Under the pieces are notes generated by a model, which worked only from the letters and a program-made list of their open reading frames with translations, had not been told where the DNA came from and made no database searches. This document shows positions 47,438 through 58,417 of a stretch of 64,000 nucleotides of DNA, one piece after another. The DNA is from an uncultured Gemmatimonadales bacterium (GTDB taxonomy: Bacteria; Gemmatimonadota; Gemmatimonadetes; Gemmatimonadales; Gemmatimonadaceae). The DNA is taken from positions 2,976,001 to 3,040,000 of the forward strand of contig CAWKMU010000003.1 of NCBI GenBank assembly GCA_963850905.1. The letters run 5' to 3'. The first letter of the stretch is position 1; the number at the start of each line of letters is the position of its first letter. The translations under genes and the position numbers were made by a program.

Positions 47438-49230
47438 TGAGAACACTGCGCCTGGCGCTGCTCGCGGGCGCAGTAAGCGGGGTGGCCGCCAGCGCTTCCG
47501 CGCAGCAAGCCGCACGAAGCCCGTCGAGCCCGCCCAGTCAAACGCCGGGCACGGCGGGGATGTCGGGGATGTCCGCCGACACGAGCCGGCATGCCGCGCA
47601 GCCACCCGCGCCGATGTCGATGCCCATGATGGGCAGCAGCCAAATGGCGATGCCGATTCCAATGCCGCCCGGCATGCCAATGATTCCCGGACTCGTGGGC
47701 CTGACGCCGCCCGTCACGGCATTCTTGCCGGGTGCCGGACTCGATCCGACGCGGCTCGCCGCGGCGAAGCCTACGGCGGTCGTCCGGCTCAAAGACGGCG
47801 ACACGTTGGACCTGACAGCAACCTTCGTCCGCCGCACGGTCCAAGGACGCGCGTTCGTGATGTATGGCTTCAATGGCGAGGTCCCGGGTCCGCTCATTCG
47901 CGTGCCCCAGAACGCCACCGTGGTCGTTCGGTACCACAACCAGATCGACATGCCGAGCAGCGTGCACTGGCATGGTATTCGGCTCGACAACCGCAACGAT
48001 GGCGTGCCCGGAGTGACGCAAGAAGCCGTGGCGCCCGGAGCGAGCTTCGTGTACCGGGTACATTTCCCCGATGCCGGGATCTACTGGTACCACCCGCACG
48101 TCCGCGAGGACATTCAGCAGGCGATGGGGCTGTTCGGCAACGTGCTCGTCGATGCGCCGGATCCGGACTACTACTCGCCCGCCAATCAGGAGCAGACGCT
48201 CGTCCTCGACGACCTGTTGATACACGCCGACTCGCTCATCCCATTTGGCAAGGAAGGGCCGGACTACGCCTTGATGGGGCGCGTCGGCAACGTCCTCTTT
48301 GCGAACGGGCAAACGCGGGACACGGTGCGCGCACACGCTGGCGACGTCGTCCGATTCTACATGACCAACGTCGCCAGCTCGCGTACCTTCAACATCTCAT
48401 TCGTCACCGCGCCGATGAAGGTGTTGGCGTCGGACGTGAGCCGCTACGAACATGAGGTGCGCGTCCCGAGCGTCGTCCTCGCCCCCGCCGAGCGGTATGT
48501 GGCCGAAGTGCGCTTCGAGCACCCGGGCCAGTACGTCATGGTCAACTCGGTCCAGGCGATCAACCATTTCAAGGGGGAGTTCGAACCCGAGATCGACACC
48601 TTGGGTGTGGTCGTGGTCGACTCTGCGGCCGCGGCGCCGGACTATGCGTCGCAGTTCGCGACCCTTCGCACCAACGACGCGGTCGTGCATGACATTGACC
48701 GCTACCGCGCGTATTTCGCCAAGCCTCCCGACAAGCGATTCACGCTGACGGTTGCCGTGACTGCCCTTCCGCTTGCGACGGTGCAGTTCATGGATATCGA
48801 TACCGCGTATTACGCGCCGGTCGAGTGGATCGACGGCATGCCCGACATGAACTGGCTGTCCACGAGCAAGCAGGTGCGGTGGATCATCCGCGACGACTCC
48901 ACCGGCAAGGAAAACATGGATATCGACTGGCACGTGCCACAGGGGTCAGTCGTGAAGGTGCGGATCTTCAACGACAATACGTCGTTCCACCCCATGCAAC
49001 ACCCGATGCACCTGCACGGGCAACGCATGCTCGTGCTCGCGCGGGACGGCGTGCCGATACACGACCTGGTGTGGAAGGACACCGTGATCATTCCCGTCGG
49101 CGCGACGGTGGATCTTCTCGTCGACGCCTCCAATCCCGGCGCGTGGATGATGCACTGCCATATCGCGGAACATTTGGGATCGGGCATGATGGCAGTGATG
49201 CATGTCGATCCGGGGAAGGGTGCCTCGTAG
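47437..49230 (+). CDS. Multicopper oxidase (3-domain) with Met-rich N-terminus
   Basis: Signal peptide; all four Cu-binding motifs HWHG, WYHPH, HPMHLHG and HCHIAEHLGSGM. Confidence 0.95.
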   Translation: MRTLRLALLAGAVSGVAASASAQQAARSPSSPPSQTPGTAGMSGMSADTSRHAAQPPAPMSMPMMGSSQMAMPIPMPPGMPMIPGLVGLTPPVTAFLPGAGLDPTRLAAAKPTAVVRLKDGDTLDLTATFVRRTVQGRAFVMYGFNGEVPGPLIRVPQNATVVVRYHNQIDMPSSVHWHGIRLDNRNDGVPGVTQEAVAPGASFVYRVHFPDAGIYWYHPHVREDIQQAMGLFGNVLVDAPDPDYYSPANQEQTLVLDDLLIHADSLIPFGKEGPDYALMGRVGNVLFANGQTRDTVRAHAGDVVRFYMTNVASSRTFNISFVTAPMKVLASDVSRYEHEVRVPSVVLAPAERYVAEVRFEHPGQYVMVNSVQAINHFKGEFEPEIDTLGVVVVDSAAAAPDYASQFATLRTNDAVVHDIDRYRAYFAKPPDKRFTLTVAVTALPLATVQFMDIDTAYYAPVEWIDGMPDMNWLSTSKQVRWIIRDDSTGKENMDIDWHVPQGSVVKVRIFNDNTSFHPMQHPMHLHGQRMLVLARDGVPIHDLVWKDTVIIPVGATVDLLVDASNPGAWMMHCHIAEHLGSGMMAVMHVDPGKGAS

Positions 49231-49257
49231 GCCGCCGACGCGTGGGAGACTGAACGG

Positions 49258-49377
49258 CGGGTCTGGGGTCTGGGGTTTGGTGTCTGGGGTACCGGCAAAC
49301 ACGAAGGCCTGTGGCGTGGTCCGTCACCGGCCCTCGCATTGTTCACCGGAGACCCCAAACCCCAACCCCCAAACCCG
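49258..49377. repeat. Inverted pair of GGGGTYT-type heptamer tracts between convergent genes
   Basis: cgggtct ggggtct ggggttt ggtgtct ggggt ... agacccc aaacccc aaccccc aaacccg. Confidence 0.8.
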
Positions 49378-49386
49378 CTTTTCCCA

Positions 49387-50931
49387 TCACCGCCCCGTCT
49401 GGATGTTCACCACGTGCGTCCCGCCGGCCTGCGGCGAGAATACCAGGAGACTGACCACACCATTGGTCGCATGGTCGATCGCCCCGCGGAGGTCCTCGAT
49501 TGAGCGCAATGGCCTGTCCGATCCCGGGCCGAGCGCGGCTTCGATGATGTCCCCCGGTGCCAACCCGGCCGTCGCTGCCGGTCCCGTGGGGTCGACCTGG
49601 CGGACGATGAGGCCTGTCGTCCCGTTAGGTAGCTGCAGCTGATTTGCGAGCTCCGGCGTCATGGGGATGACCGCGATGCCGAGATGCGTGGCGCCAGAGT
49701 TCGAGCCCCCACCGTTGCTCGCCGTCTGCTGGTCCTTGGGTGGCTCGCCCAGGGTCACCTGTGCGCTTCGTTGCTGCCCGTAGCGGTGGAGCTCGAGTGT
49801 GACCGTTGCGCCCGGCTGGAAACCGAAGATCATGCGCTGCAGCGAAGACACTTGGTCGATGCTCTTGCCGTCGACCGCGGTAATGATGTCGCCGGGATGA
49901 ACGCCTGCCTTCGCGGCGGGCCCGCCTGATGAGACCCCGCCGACCAGAACGCCCTGGATTTCCTTGAGGCCGGCCGCACGTGCGTCAGCTGGCGTGACGT
50001 CCTGGACCGTGATACCCAGGATCGCGTGCCGAACCCGGCCATACTTTCTCAGGTCCTCCATCACAATGCGCGCGATGCTGATGGGAACGGCAAACCCATA
50101 GCCTGCGAAGCTGCCGGTCGGGCTCGCAATCGCCGAGTTGATGCCAATGACCCGACCATTCATGTCGACGAGCGGTCCGCCGGAATTGCCGGGATTGATG
50201 ACGGCATCGGTCTGAATGAAATCGACGATTGCGTATCGGTCGTTGAACAGCCCCCGCAGTTCGCGATTGCGGCCCTTGGCGCTGACAATGCCTGAGGTCA
50301 CGGTGAAGTTGAGACCCAGCGGGTTGCCGACGGCCATGACCGCGTCTCCCACCTGAGTCGTGCTGTCATCGCCGAGCGGCAGGGTGGGGAGGCCCGTCGC
50401 GTCGATCTTGATGAGGGCGATGTCCGTCGCGGGATCGTGGCCGATCACCTTGGCCGTAAAGATCCGCCGATCGGGCAGCCCAACGGTCAGTCGCTCCGAG
50501 CCCTCGACGACGTGATTGTTTGTGAGGATGTAGCCATCGCTCGACACAATGAATCCAGTCCCGAGGGCGCCCCGAGGCCCTTGATCCTGCGGCGGTCCGA
50601 GTCCCGGCGGCAAGAACCCCGGTGGAAGGCCAGGAGGGGCCTCTCCCTCGCTGCTCGCCACCTGATTGCTGTCAGGACCGATCAGCGATTGAATGGCGAC
50701 CACCGCTGGGGTGACCTGCCTGGCCAACGGGGCTAGGCTCGCGACCCCGCCGGGCGCACCGGGCGTCTCGGCGCTGGCGGCGTGTGGCGCGAGCGATTCG
50801 GCGACTTCGCCGGCCGCCGTGGCCAGGTGATTGGGTGAAGAATGGGAGTCGCCACAGGCCACGAGCGCGCTGGCGGCGAGAAGGGAAAAGAGCGGCGTAA
50901 CACCGTACACCCTGATGGCTGGCGAGCGCAT
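49387..50931 (-). CDS. HtrA/DegP-DegQ family serine protease with two PDZ domains (lipoprotein)
   Basis: GGAGG RBS; LVAC lipobox; catalytic TNNHVV, TDIAL and QTDAVINPGNSGGPL; two PDZ domains. Confidence 0.93.
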   Translation of the reverse strand: MRSPAIRVYGVTPLFSLLAASALVACGDSHSSPNHLATAAGEVAESLAPHAASAETPGAPGGVASLAPLARQVTPAVVAIQSLIGPDSNQVASSEGEAPPGLPPGFLPPGLGPPQDQGPRGALGTGFIVSSDGYILTNNHVVEGSERLTVGLPDRRIFTAKVIGHDPATDIALIKIDATGLPTLPLGDDSTTQVGDAVMAVGNPLGLNFTVTSGIVSAKGRNRELRGLFNDRYAIVDFIQTDAVINPGNSGGPLVDMNGRVIGINSAIASPTGSFAGYGFAVPISIARIVMEDLRKYGRVRHAILGITVQDVTPADARAAGLKEIQGVLVGGVSSGGPAAKAGVHPGDIITAVDGKSIDQVSSLQRMIFGFQPGATVTLELHRYGQQRSAQVTLGEPPKDQQTASNGGGSNSGATHLGIAVIPMTPELANQLQLPNGTTGLIVRQVDPTGPAATAGLAPGDIIEAALGPGSDRPLRSIEDLRGAIDHATNGVVSLLVFSPQAGGTHVVNIQTGR

Positions 50932-51360
50932 TGGACCTCCGACAGGAGCGTCTCGATAGCCGCGCATACGGCAAGAGTCGGACGATGAGGGCGGAGCGCC
51001 GCGGAGCCGCCAGGCAATCCCCTGGCCGCGTCGAAGGGACTGCCCGGAGGGGGAGTCCGTCCGAGCGTGCTCAGCAATTTGCCGGTCCAGAGCGTAACGT
51101 TTGGTGTCGCGCTCGCGTACAGGTTGAAGCAAACGCTGTCCGGAAGCGCAATGTCGAAGCCAGGACGATCTCAGCACGAGTGCATCGACGGCTGCCAGTC
51201 CCGTCACGGGTGTCTAATCCGTTGCCTGGACATGTTTTCCCATGTACGGACTCGGTCCCCCCCGCTTACCACGTCTGTGTACGATCGTTACTATTTTTTC
51301 CACGGAGAGCATCTCACGGGGCCGCTTGTTTTGGCGCGCCCTCACCGGACAATTGGTGCC

Positions 51361-52077
51361 ATGACACAATCATTGATTCGCGGGGCCGCTGCAGCCCTGC
51401 TCACAGGATCCCTGGCCGCGTGCGCCGGCCATCAGCAGCAGACCGTACAGACGGCCCCGCAGCCGTCGTCATCAGCCGCCGCCCAGAGCGAAGCCGCCGC
51501 AATGGCTCAGGCTCGCAAGGACAGCGTCAACCGGCCGTATACGAAGGCCGATATCGATTTCATGACGGGCATGATCGCACACCACGGCCAGGCGATCACG
51601 ATGGCCAAATGGGCGCCCACACATGGGGCGAGCCCATCGATCCAGACGCTCTGCGCGCGAATCATCAACGCCCAGAACGACGAGATTCATCTCATGCAGG
51701 CGTGGCTGCGTGACCGAGGCGCAACGATCCCGCAGCCCGACCCTGATGGCATGTCGGTTTCAATGAATGGCATGCACATGCCGATGATGATGGCCGGAAT
51801 GCTGACTGCGGAGCAGATGAAGCAGTTGGATGCGGCGCGTGGGCCGGACTTCGACCGGCTGTTCCTGACAGGCATGATCCAGCACCATGAGGGCGCCGTC
51901 AGCATGGTGCACGACTTGTTCGAGACGTACGGCGCCGGCGAAGACGAGCTGATTTTCAAGTTGGCTTCGGACATCAACATCGATCAGACCACCGAGATCG
52001 CGCGCATGCAGCGCATGCTGTTCATGATGTCGGTTGCTGGCCCCGCCCAGGGCGCCGCAGGCCGATCGTCGCAATGA
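51361..52077 (+). CDS. DUF305 (CopM-like, ferritin-like fold) lipoprotein
   Basis: LAAC lipobox; two repeats FM.GMIAHH.QA..M and FL.GMIQHHEGA..M with Q..EI..M; Met-rich linker MSVSMNGMHMPMMMAGM. Confidence 0.9.
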   Translation: MTQSLIRGAAAALLTGSLAACAGHQQQTVQTAPQPSSSAAAQSEAAAMAQARKDSVNRPYTKADIDFMTGMIAHHGQAITMAKWAPTHGASPSIQTLCARIINAQNDEIHLMQAWLRDRGATIPQPDPDGMSVSMNGMHMPMMMAGMLTAEQMKQLDAARGPDFDRLFLTGMIQHHEGAVSMVHDLFETYGAGEDELIFKLASDINIDQTTEIARMQRMLFMMSVAGPAQGAAGRSSQ

Positions 52078-52133
52078 GTCACGTACGCCAGACGTCCGCC
52101 CCGCTCCACACCCCCCCTCAAAAGGATTCAACC

Positions 52134-54203
52134 ATGGCATCCCTGTACCGGGCTAGCCGTTGGCTGCGGCGCCCGATCGCCGGCAAGCCAGCGGGAACGG
52201 CGTGGTTCGCCGTCGTCGCGCTGGCCGCGGCGGCCTGCGCACACCCCAACGCATCGACGGGCACGCCCGCGCCGTCGAATACTGCGAACAAAGAGAACAT
52301 CGCTGGCATGTGCGCGGTCGATAATTGTGATCGCTCGTCGGTTGCACCCAACCCCGATCCGCGGGTCGGTCTGAAGGCTGGTCTCTGGGATGCCGGACAG
52401 GCTGAGTGGAACATGCACCTCCTGTCCAACAGCCGGCCGACCGAGGGCTTCCAAGGGAAGACGAACTCGGATCTCGCATTCCTCGGCAACTACGTCATTC
52501 AAGGGAGCTACAACGGGTACCAGGTGTGGGACATTTCGGACCCGTCCCATCCAACGCTGAAGACGGCGTTTGTATGTCCCGCGTCGCAAAGCGACGTGTC
52601 CGTGTACAAGAACTTGCTCTTCGAGTCCTCCGAAGCGCCCACCGCGCGCCTCGACTGCGGCGCCAATGCTCCCAAGGACACCGTGAGCTTGGAGCGCATC
52701 CGGGGCATCAGAATCTGGGACATTAGCGACATCGCGCATCCGAAGAACATCGCCAACGTCCAGACATGCCGAGGGTCGCACACGCACACCTTGTTGGTCG
52801 ATCCGAAGGACCCCAACGACGTCTACGTCTATATCTCCGGTTCGGCGGGAGTTCGCTCGCCGTCCGAAATGGCGGGGTGCGTTAGCGCCAATCCTGACCA
52901 AGACCCCAATTCCGCAAGATTCCGCATCGAGGTCGTGAAGGTTCCGCTCGCGCATCCCGAGCAGGCCGCAATTGTGAGCTCGCCGCGCATCTTCGAGGGC
53001 CTCGCGCAGGTCCCGACCCACGGTCTCGCGCCGCAGGATATCGCCAATGTAGCCAAGGCCCGCGCCAACGGGGGCTTTGTCGCAAGCTTCGGCGGCGGGC
53101 AGCCGCAGGTCATGAATGGGCGGTTCGTCAACCCGGTCCTGGACAGCATCGCCAAGGTGAATGGCCGTACCGCGCCAAACGGGGCTGATAGCGCGTACGT
53201 GCGCGAGCACCTGCAGGAGATCGTAAACCGACGGTTTGCGATCCAGGGTCCGCGCGTCCTGGGCACGAGCTGCCACGACATCACGGTGTATCCGCAGATC
53301 GGCCTGGCGGGTGGCGCGTGCGAAGGGCATGGCCTCCTGCTCGACATCAGCGATCCGACTCATCCGGTCCGTCTGGATGCGGCTTCCGACTCGAACTTCT
53401 CGTATTGGCACTCGGCCACGTTCAACAACGACGGTACCAAGCTGTTGTTCTCGGACGAGTGGGGCGGTGGCGGCGCACCGAAGTGCCGGGCGAGCGACCC
53501 GCGTGATTGGGGCGCCGACGCGATCTTCACGATCGTGAACCACAAACTGGTCTTCCAGAACTACTACAAGCTGCCCGCTCCGCAAACGGCACAGGAGAAC
53601 TGTGTCGCGCACAACGGCTCGCTCATCCCGATTCCGGGCCGCGATGTGATGGTGCAGGCATGGTATCAGGGTGGCATCTCGGTGTTTGACTGGACCGATC
53701 CCAAGCACCCCACAGAAATTGCCTTCTTCGATCGTGGCCCGGTCGATTCGACCCGGATGGCGAGTGGTGGCTCCTGGTCCGCGTACTGGTACAACGGCGT
53801 CATCGTGAGCTCGGAGATTGCGCGTGGCCTGGACATCCTCGAGCTGAAGCCGAGCGTCCTCCTCTCGCAGAATGAGATCGACGCCGCGAAGTCCGTGAAG
53901 TTCGATGAGTTCAACACGCAGGGACAGCCGGCGCTGGTGTGGCCGACCACGTTCGTGCTGGCTGGCGCGTACCTCGACCAGCTCGAGCGGTCGAAGGGGT
54001 TGAGCTCCGGCCAGATCTCCTCTGTCCGCGGCAGCCTTGCGAGTGCAGAGAAGGCGAGTGGCACGGCCCGGCGTGATGCGCTCTCGCAGCTTGCCACCCA
54101 GTTGGATGGTGATGCACAGAATTCGACGGATGCCGCAAAGGTCCGGAAGCTCTCAGGTACCGTCCGCGATCTGGCTTCCACAGCCACGGCCAACTCGAAC
54201 TGA
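52134..54203 (+). CDS. LVIVD-repeat beta-propeller lipoprotein, paralog 1 (intact)
   Basis: AAAC lipobox; NSDLAF, WDISDP blades; TCRGSHTH, SCHDIT, YWHSA, DEWGGG and NCVAHNG motifs; helical C-terminal domain. Confidence 0.88.
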   Translation: MASLYRASRWLRRPIAGKPAGTAWFAVVALAAAACAHPNASTGTPAPSNTANKENIAGMCAVDNCDRSSVAPNPDPRVGLKAGLWDAGQAEWNMHLLSNSRPTEGFQGKTNSDLAFLGNYVIQGSYNGYQVWDISDPSHPTLKTAFVCPASQSDVSVYKNLLFESSEAPTARLDCGANAPKDTVSLERIRGIRIWDISDIAHPKNIANVQTCRGSHTHTLLVDPKDPNDVYVYISGSAGVRSPSEMAGCVSANPDQDPNSARFRIEVVKVPLAHPEQAAIVSSPRIFEGLAQVPTHGLAPQDIANVAKARANGGFVASFGGGQPQVMNGRFVNPVLDSIAKVNGRTAPNGADSAYVREHLQEIVNRRFAIQGPRVLGTSCHDITVYPQIGLAGGACEGHGLLLDISDPTHPVRLDAASDSNFSYWHSATFNNDGTKLLFSDEWGGGGAPKCRASDPRDWGADAIFTIVNHKLVFQNYYKLPAPQTAQENCVAHNGSLIPIPGRDVMVQAWYQGGISVFDWTDPKHPTEIAFFDRGPVDSTRMASGGSWSAYWYNGVIVSSEIARGLDILELKPSVLLSQNEIDAAKSVKFDEFNTQGQPALVWPTTFVLAGAYLDQLERSKGLSSGQISSVRGSLASAEKASGTARRDALSQLATQLDGDAQNSTDAAKVRKLSGTVRDLASTATANSN

Positions 54204-54328
54204 GCCTGGCCGAGCACGCTGCCGAATCTTCGGACGCCAGTGCGCCGTATTTGTTGACGCGCGCACTGGCGCCCGACCCGGGCCCATGTGGCCGTGTGGC
54301 TTTACTCCTCTTCACTTCAGGATCAACA

Positions 54329-56321
54329 ATGGGCCCCGTATCTCTCGTTGACCGGTCGCCGCGGCGAACGGCCGTGTCAGCCCGGCATTCGGTGGTGCTA
54401 TCAATGGCCGCACTGGCTCTCTCGGCGTGCGCGCACTCAATGGCATCGACAGGCAGCACGTCCCCCGTGCCCGCGGCCGACATGTCCACAACGGCACCCA
54501 ACCCGGACCCGCGTGTCGGCCTCAAAGCTGGCGTCTGGGACGCTGGTACCGCCGAGTGGAACATGCACCTGCTCTCCAACACGCGGCCGTCGGAAGGATT
54601 CGACGGCAAGACCAACTCGGACATGGCGTTCTATGGCAATTACGTCATCCAGGGGAGCTACAACGGGATTCAGATCTGGGATATCTCCAATCCAGCTCAC
54701 CCGACGCTCAAGAAGGCGTTTGCCTGTCCTGCGTCCCAAAGCGACGTCTCGGTCTACAAGAACTTCGATGTTCCAGTCCGCCGAGTCGGAAACCGCAAGG
54801 CTCGACTGCGGTGCGCAAGCGCCCAAGGACACCGTGAGCACGGAACGCTTGCGCGGCCTGCGCATCCTGGACATCACCGACATCTCGAACCCGAAACCGA
54901 TCACCACGATTCAGACGTGTCGTGGCTCGCACACGCACACACTGCTGGTTGATCCCAAAGACCCCGACAACGTCTACGTCTACATCTCTGGTTCGGCCCC
55001 CATTCGCCCCGCAAGCGAACTGCCGGGCTGCGTGAAGGTCGCCCCCTCGAAGGACCCAAACTCCGCACTCTTCCGCATCGAAGTCATCAAGGTCCCGCTG
55101 GCGCACCCTGAGCAGGCGGCGATCGTCAGTTCGCCCCGCATTTTCAACGACCTCGGACAGGTGGGCTCGCACGGACTAAGCCCAGAGGAAAAGGCCGAGG
55201 TAGCCAAGGGGGCGTTCGTTGCCGATATGATGGGCGAGAAGATGATCATCCCATCAGGCTTCATCAATCCGATGCTGGACAGCATGGTCAAGGCTCGCGG
55301 CGGATCCGGCCCACCGACCGCCGCTGACAGCCAGGCGCTTCGGGACGCGATCCCGGGCATGGTGGCAAAGATGATGGGCGACTCGCCGGGCCTGGGTACC
55401 AGCTGCCACGACATCACCGTGTTCCCGCAGATCGGTCTGGCAGGTGGCGCGTGCGAGGGGCACGGTCTGCTCCTCGATATCAGCAATCCGACGAATCCGG
55501 TCCGCATCGACGCGGCCGCCGATACCAACTTCTCGTATTGGCATTCCGCCACGTTCAACAACGACGGGACAAAGCTGCTGTTCTCCGACGAGTGGGGCGG
55601 CGGCGGAGCGCCCAAGTGTCGCGCCACCGACCCCAAGGAGTGGGGTGCCGACGCGATCTTCACGATCGTGAACCGCAAGCTCGTCTTCCAGAGCTATTAC
55701 AAGCTGCCAGCTCCGCAAACCGCGCAAGAGAACTGCGTCGCGCATAACGGATCCCTCATCCCGGTGCCCGGCCGCGACATCATGGTGCAGGCCTGGTATC
55801 AGGGCGGGGTCTCCGTGTTCGACTGGACGGACGCGAAGCACCCGAAGGAAATCGCCTTCTTCGATCGTGGCCCGGTGGACTCCACCCGAATGGAAATGGG
55901 TGGTAGCTGGTCGGCCTATTGGTACAACGGCGTCATCGTGAGCTCCGAGATTCGCCGCGGCCTGGACATCTTCGAGCTCCGGCCCAGCGGACTCCTCTCG
56001 CAGAACGAGATCAACGCCGCGAAGTCTGTGCGCTTCGACGAGTTCAATACGCAGGGACAACCGAAGCTGGTGTGGCCCGCGAGCTTCGTGCTCGCTGGCG
56101 CGTACGTCGACCAGCTGGCGCGCTCGAATGGGCTGCCGGCCGATCAGATTTCCGGCATCCGCCAGTCGCTGTCGAGCGCCGAGAAAGCCTCGGGCGCCGC
56201 ACGGCGTGATGCGTTGAACAAGTTGGCGTCGCAACTCGACGGCAATGCGTCGAGCGCCGCCAATGCCGCCAAGGTCCGCACGCTGGCCAGTACGGTTCGC
56301 GAACTGGCCTCCAACTCATAA
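54329..56321 (+). CDS. LVIVD-repeat lipoprotein, paralog 2; apparent +1 frameshift near 54766
   Basis: LSAC lipobox; removing one base gives VYKNLMFQSAE, colinear with paralog 1. Confidence 0.85.
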
Positions 56322-56338
56322 CGGAGTAGGAAACACGT

Positions 56339-58382
56339 ATGGTTTGCTTCCACCGTTCGAGCCGCCGAGTGCTCGGCGCCAAGTATGGTCTCTCGCTCTT
56401 GGCAGCGAGCGGCGCGTTCGTCGTCTCCGGCTGTATGTCGGGGGGCGGCTCGCACGCTGGAAGCCCTCCAGCACCGAAAGCGGACATGTCTCAAACGCCG
56501 CCCAACCCAGATCCGCGCGTCGGACTCCACGCCGGACTCTGGACGGCAGGGCAGGCCCAGTGGAACATGCAACTCGTGTCCACCTCGCGTCCGACGGGAT
56601 CATTCCTCGGACAGACGAACTCCGACTTGGCGTTCATCGGCTCGTACGCCATCCAGGGTAATTACAACGGGATTCAGGTCTGGGATATCTCGAACCCGAG
56701 TCATCCGGCCTTGAAAACAGGGTGGGTCTGCCCGGCGAATCAGGGCGACGTGTCGGTCTACAAGAATCTCTTATTCGTGTCCGCGGAGGCACCGACAGCG
56801 CGAATCGACTGCAGCGCGGAGGCTCCAAAGGACACCGTGAGCAAGGAAAGGCTGCGCGGCATCCGGATCGTTGATATCAGTGACATCGCACACCCCAAGA
56901 CGATCACCACGGTCCAGACCTGTCGCGGGTCGCACACGCACACGCTCGTCGTCGATCCAAAGGATCCCGACGACGTCTACATCTACGTGTCCGGCTCGTC
57001 GTTCGTGCGCCCGCCAGCTGAGAATGGCTGGTTGCGTTAGCGCGACGCCGGACCAGGACCGGAACTCAGCGCTGTTCCGTATTGAGGTCATCAAGGTCCC
57101 AGTCGCGCATCCCGAGCAAGCGGCAATTGTGAGCTCGGCCCACATTTTCGAGGGCTTGGGCGATGCACCGAGCCATGGACAGGCGTCGGCGGATATCGCT
57201 GTAGCGCAGGCAATGCGCGCCAAGGGCGGGTTCACAGCCATGATCTTTGGTGATGTGGACACGATTCCCTCGAGGATGATCAACCCGCTTCTCGATAGCA
57301 TGGTGAAGGCACGGGGTGGCAACGGAGCGCCGACGGCGGCCGATAGTGCGAACCTTCGTGGCCAGCTGCAGGGCATGGTCGACAAGATGGTTGCCGAGGA
57401 ATGCCCGGGGTGTAAGGCGGGTGGAAATGGCATTACGGCAACGTCGTGCCACGACATCACGGTCTATCCACAGATCGGTCTCGCCGGCGGCGCATGCGAA
57501 GGATTTGGCATGCTGCTCGATATCAGCGATCCGGCACACCCCAGTCGCTTGGACGCCGTTTCTGACTCCAATTTTTCGTACTGGCACTCAGCCACCTTCA
57601 GCAACGACGGGACGAAGCTGCTTTTCTCCGATGAATGGGGTGGTGGCGGAGCGCCGAAGTGCCGCGCGACAGATCCGCACAATTGGGGTGCCGACGCGAT
57701 TTTCACGATCGTGAACCACAAGCTCGTCTTCCAGAGCTATTACAAGATGTTGGCGCCACAAACACCGGAAGAAAACTGCGTGGCACACAACGGGTCGCTG
57801 ATCCCGATTCCGGGACGCGACGTCATGGTGCAGGCGTGGTACCAGGGCGGCGTGTCGGTCTTTGACTGGACCGACCCAAAGCATCCGACCGAAATCGCGT
57901 TCTTCGACCGCGGACCGGTTGACTCGACGAAGCTCGCGGACGGCGGGTTCTGGTCCGCGTACTGGTACAACGGATACATCGTCGGGTCCGAAATCGCTCG
58001 GGGACTCGATATTCTCGCGTTGAAGCCCAGCTACTGGATCTCGCAGAACGAGCTCGATGCGGCGAAGTCCGTTCGATTCGATGAGTTCAACACGCAAGGC
58101 CAGCCACGGCTCGTCTGGCCAGCCACTTTTGCGTTGGCGGGCGCCTATCTCGATCAGCTCGCGCGATCCAACGGGCTGCCTGCCGACCAGATCGACGCGG
58201 CGAGGAAGTCACTGGCAAGCGCTGAGAAGGCGAGCGGCGGCAGTCGGCGCGACGCGCTCACGCAACTGGCAACGCAGCTGGATGGCGAAGCCCAATCGGC
58301 ACCGGACGCGGGAAAGGTTCATAAGCTCGCGTCCACCGTTCGCGACCTGGCAACGACATCCACGGCATCTGTGTCGAACTGA
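56339..58382 (+). CDS. LVIVD-repeat lipoprotein, paralog 3; apparent +1 frameshift near 57023
   Basis: VSGC lipobox; removing one A gives RPPAEMAGCVS, matching RSPSEMAGCVS of paralog 1. Confidence 0.85.
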
Positions 58383-58417
58383 CCACCGATCCGACCCCCC
58401 TCATGCGAGATTCGTCT

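Noticed and set aside
51010..51180. Cobalamin-riboswitch-like words (GGGACTGCCC, AAGCCAGGA) upstream of DUF305
   Set aside because: The GGGAA, GCAACTGT and GCCACTG/GGGAAG core elements are not present in the right form. An Rfam scan would settle it.
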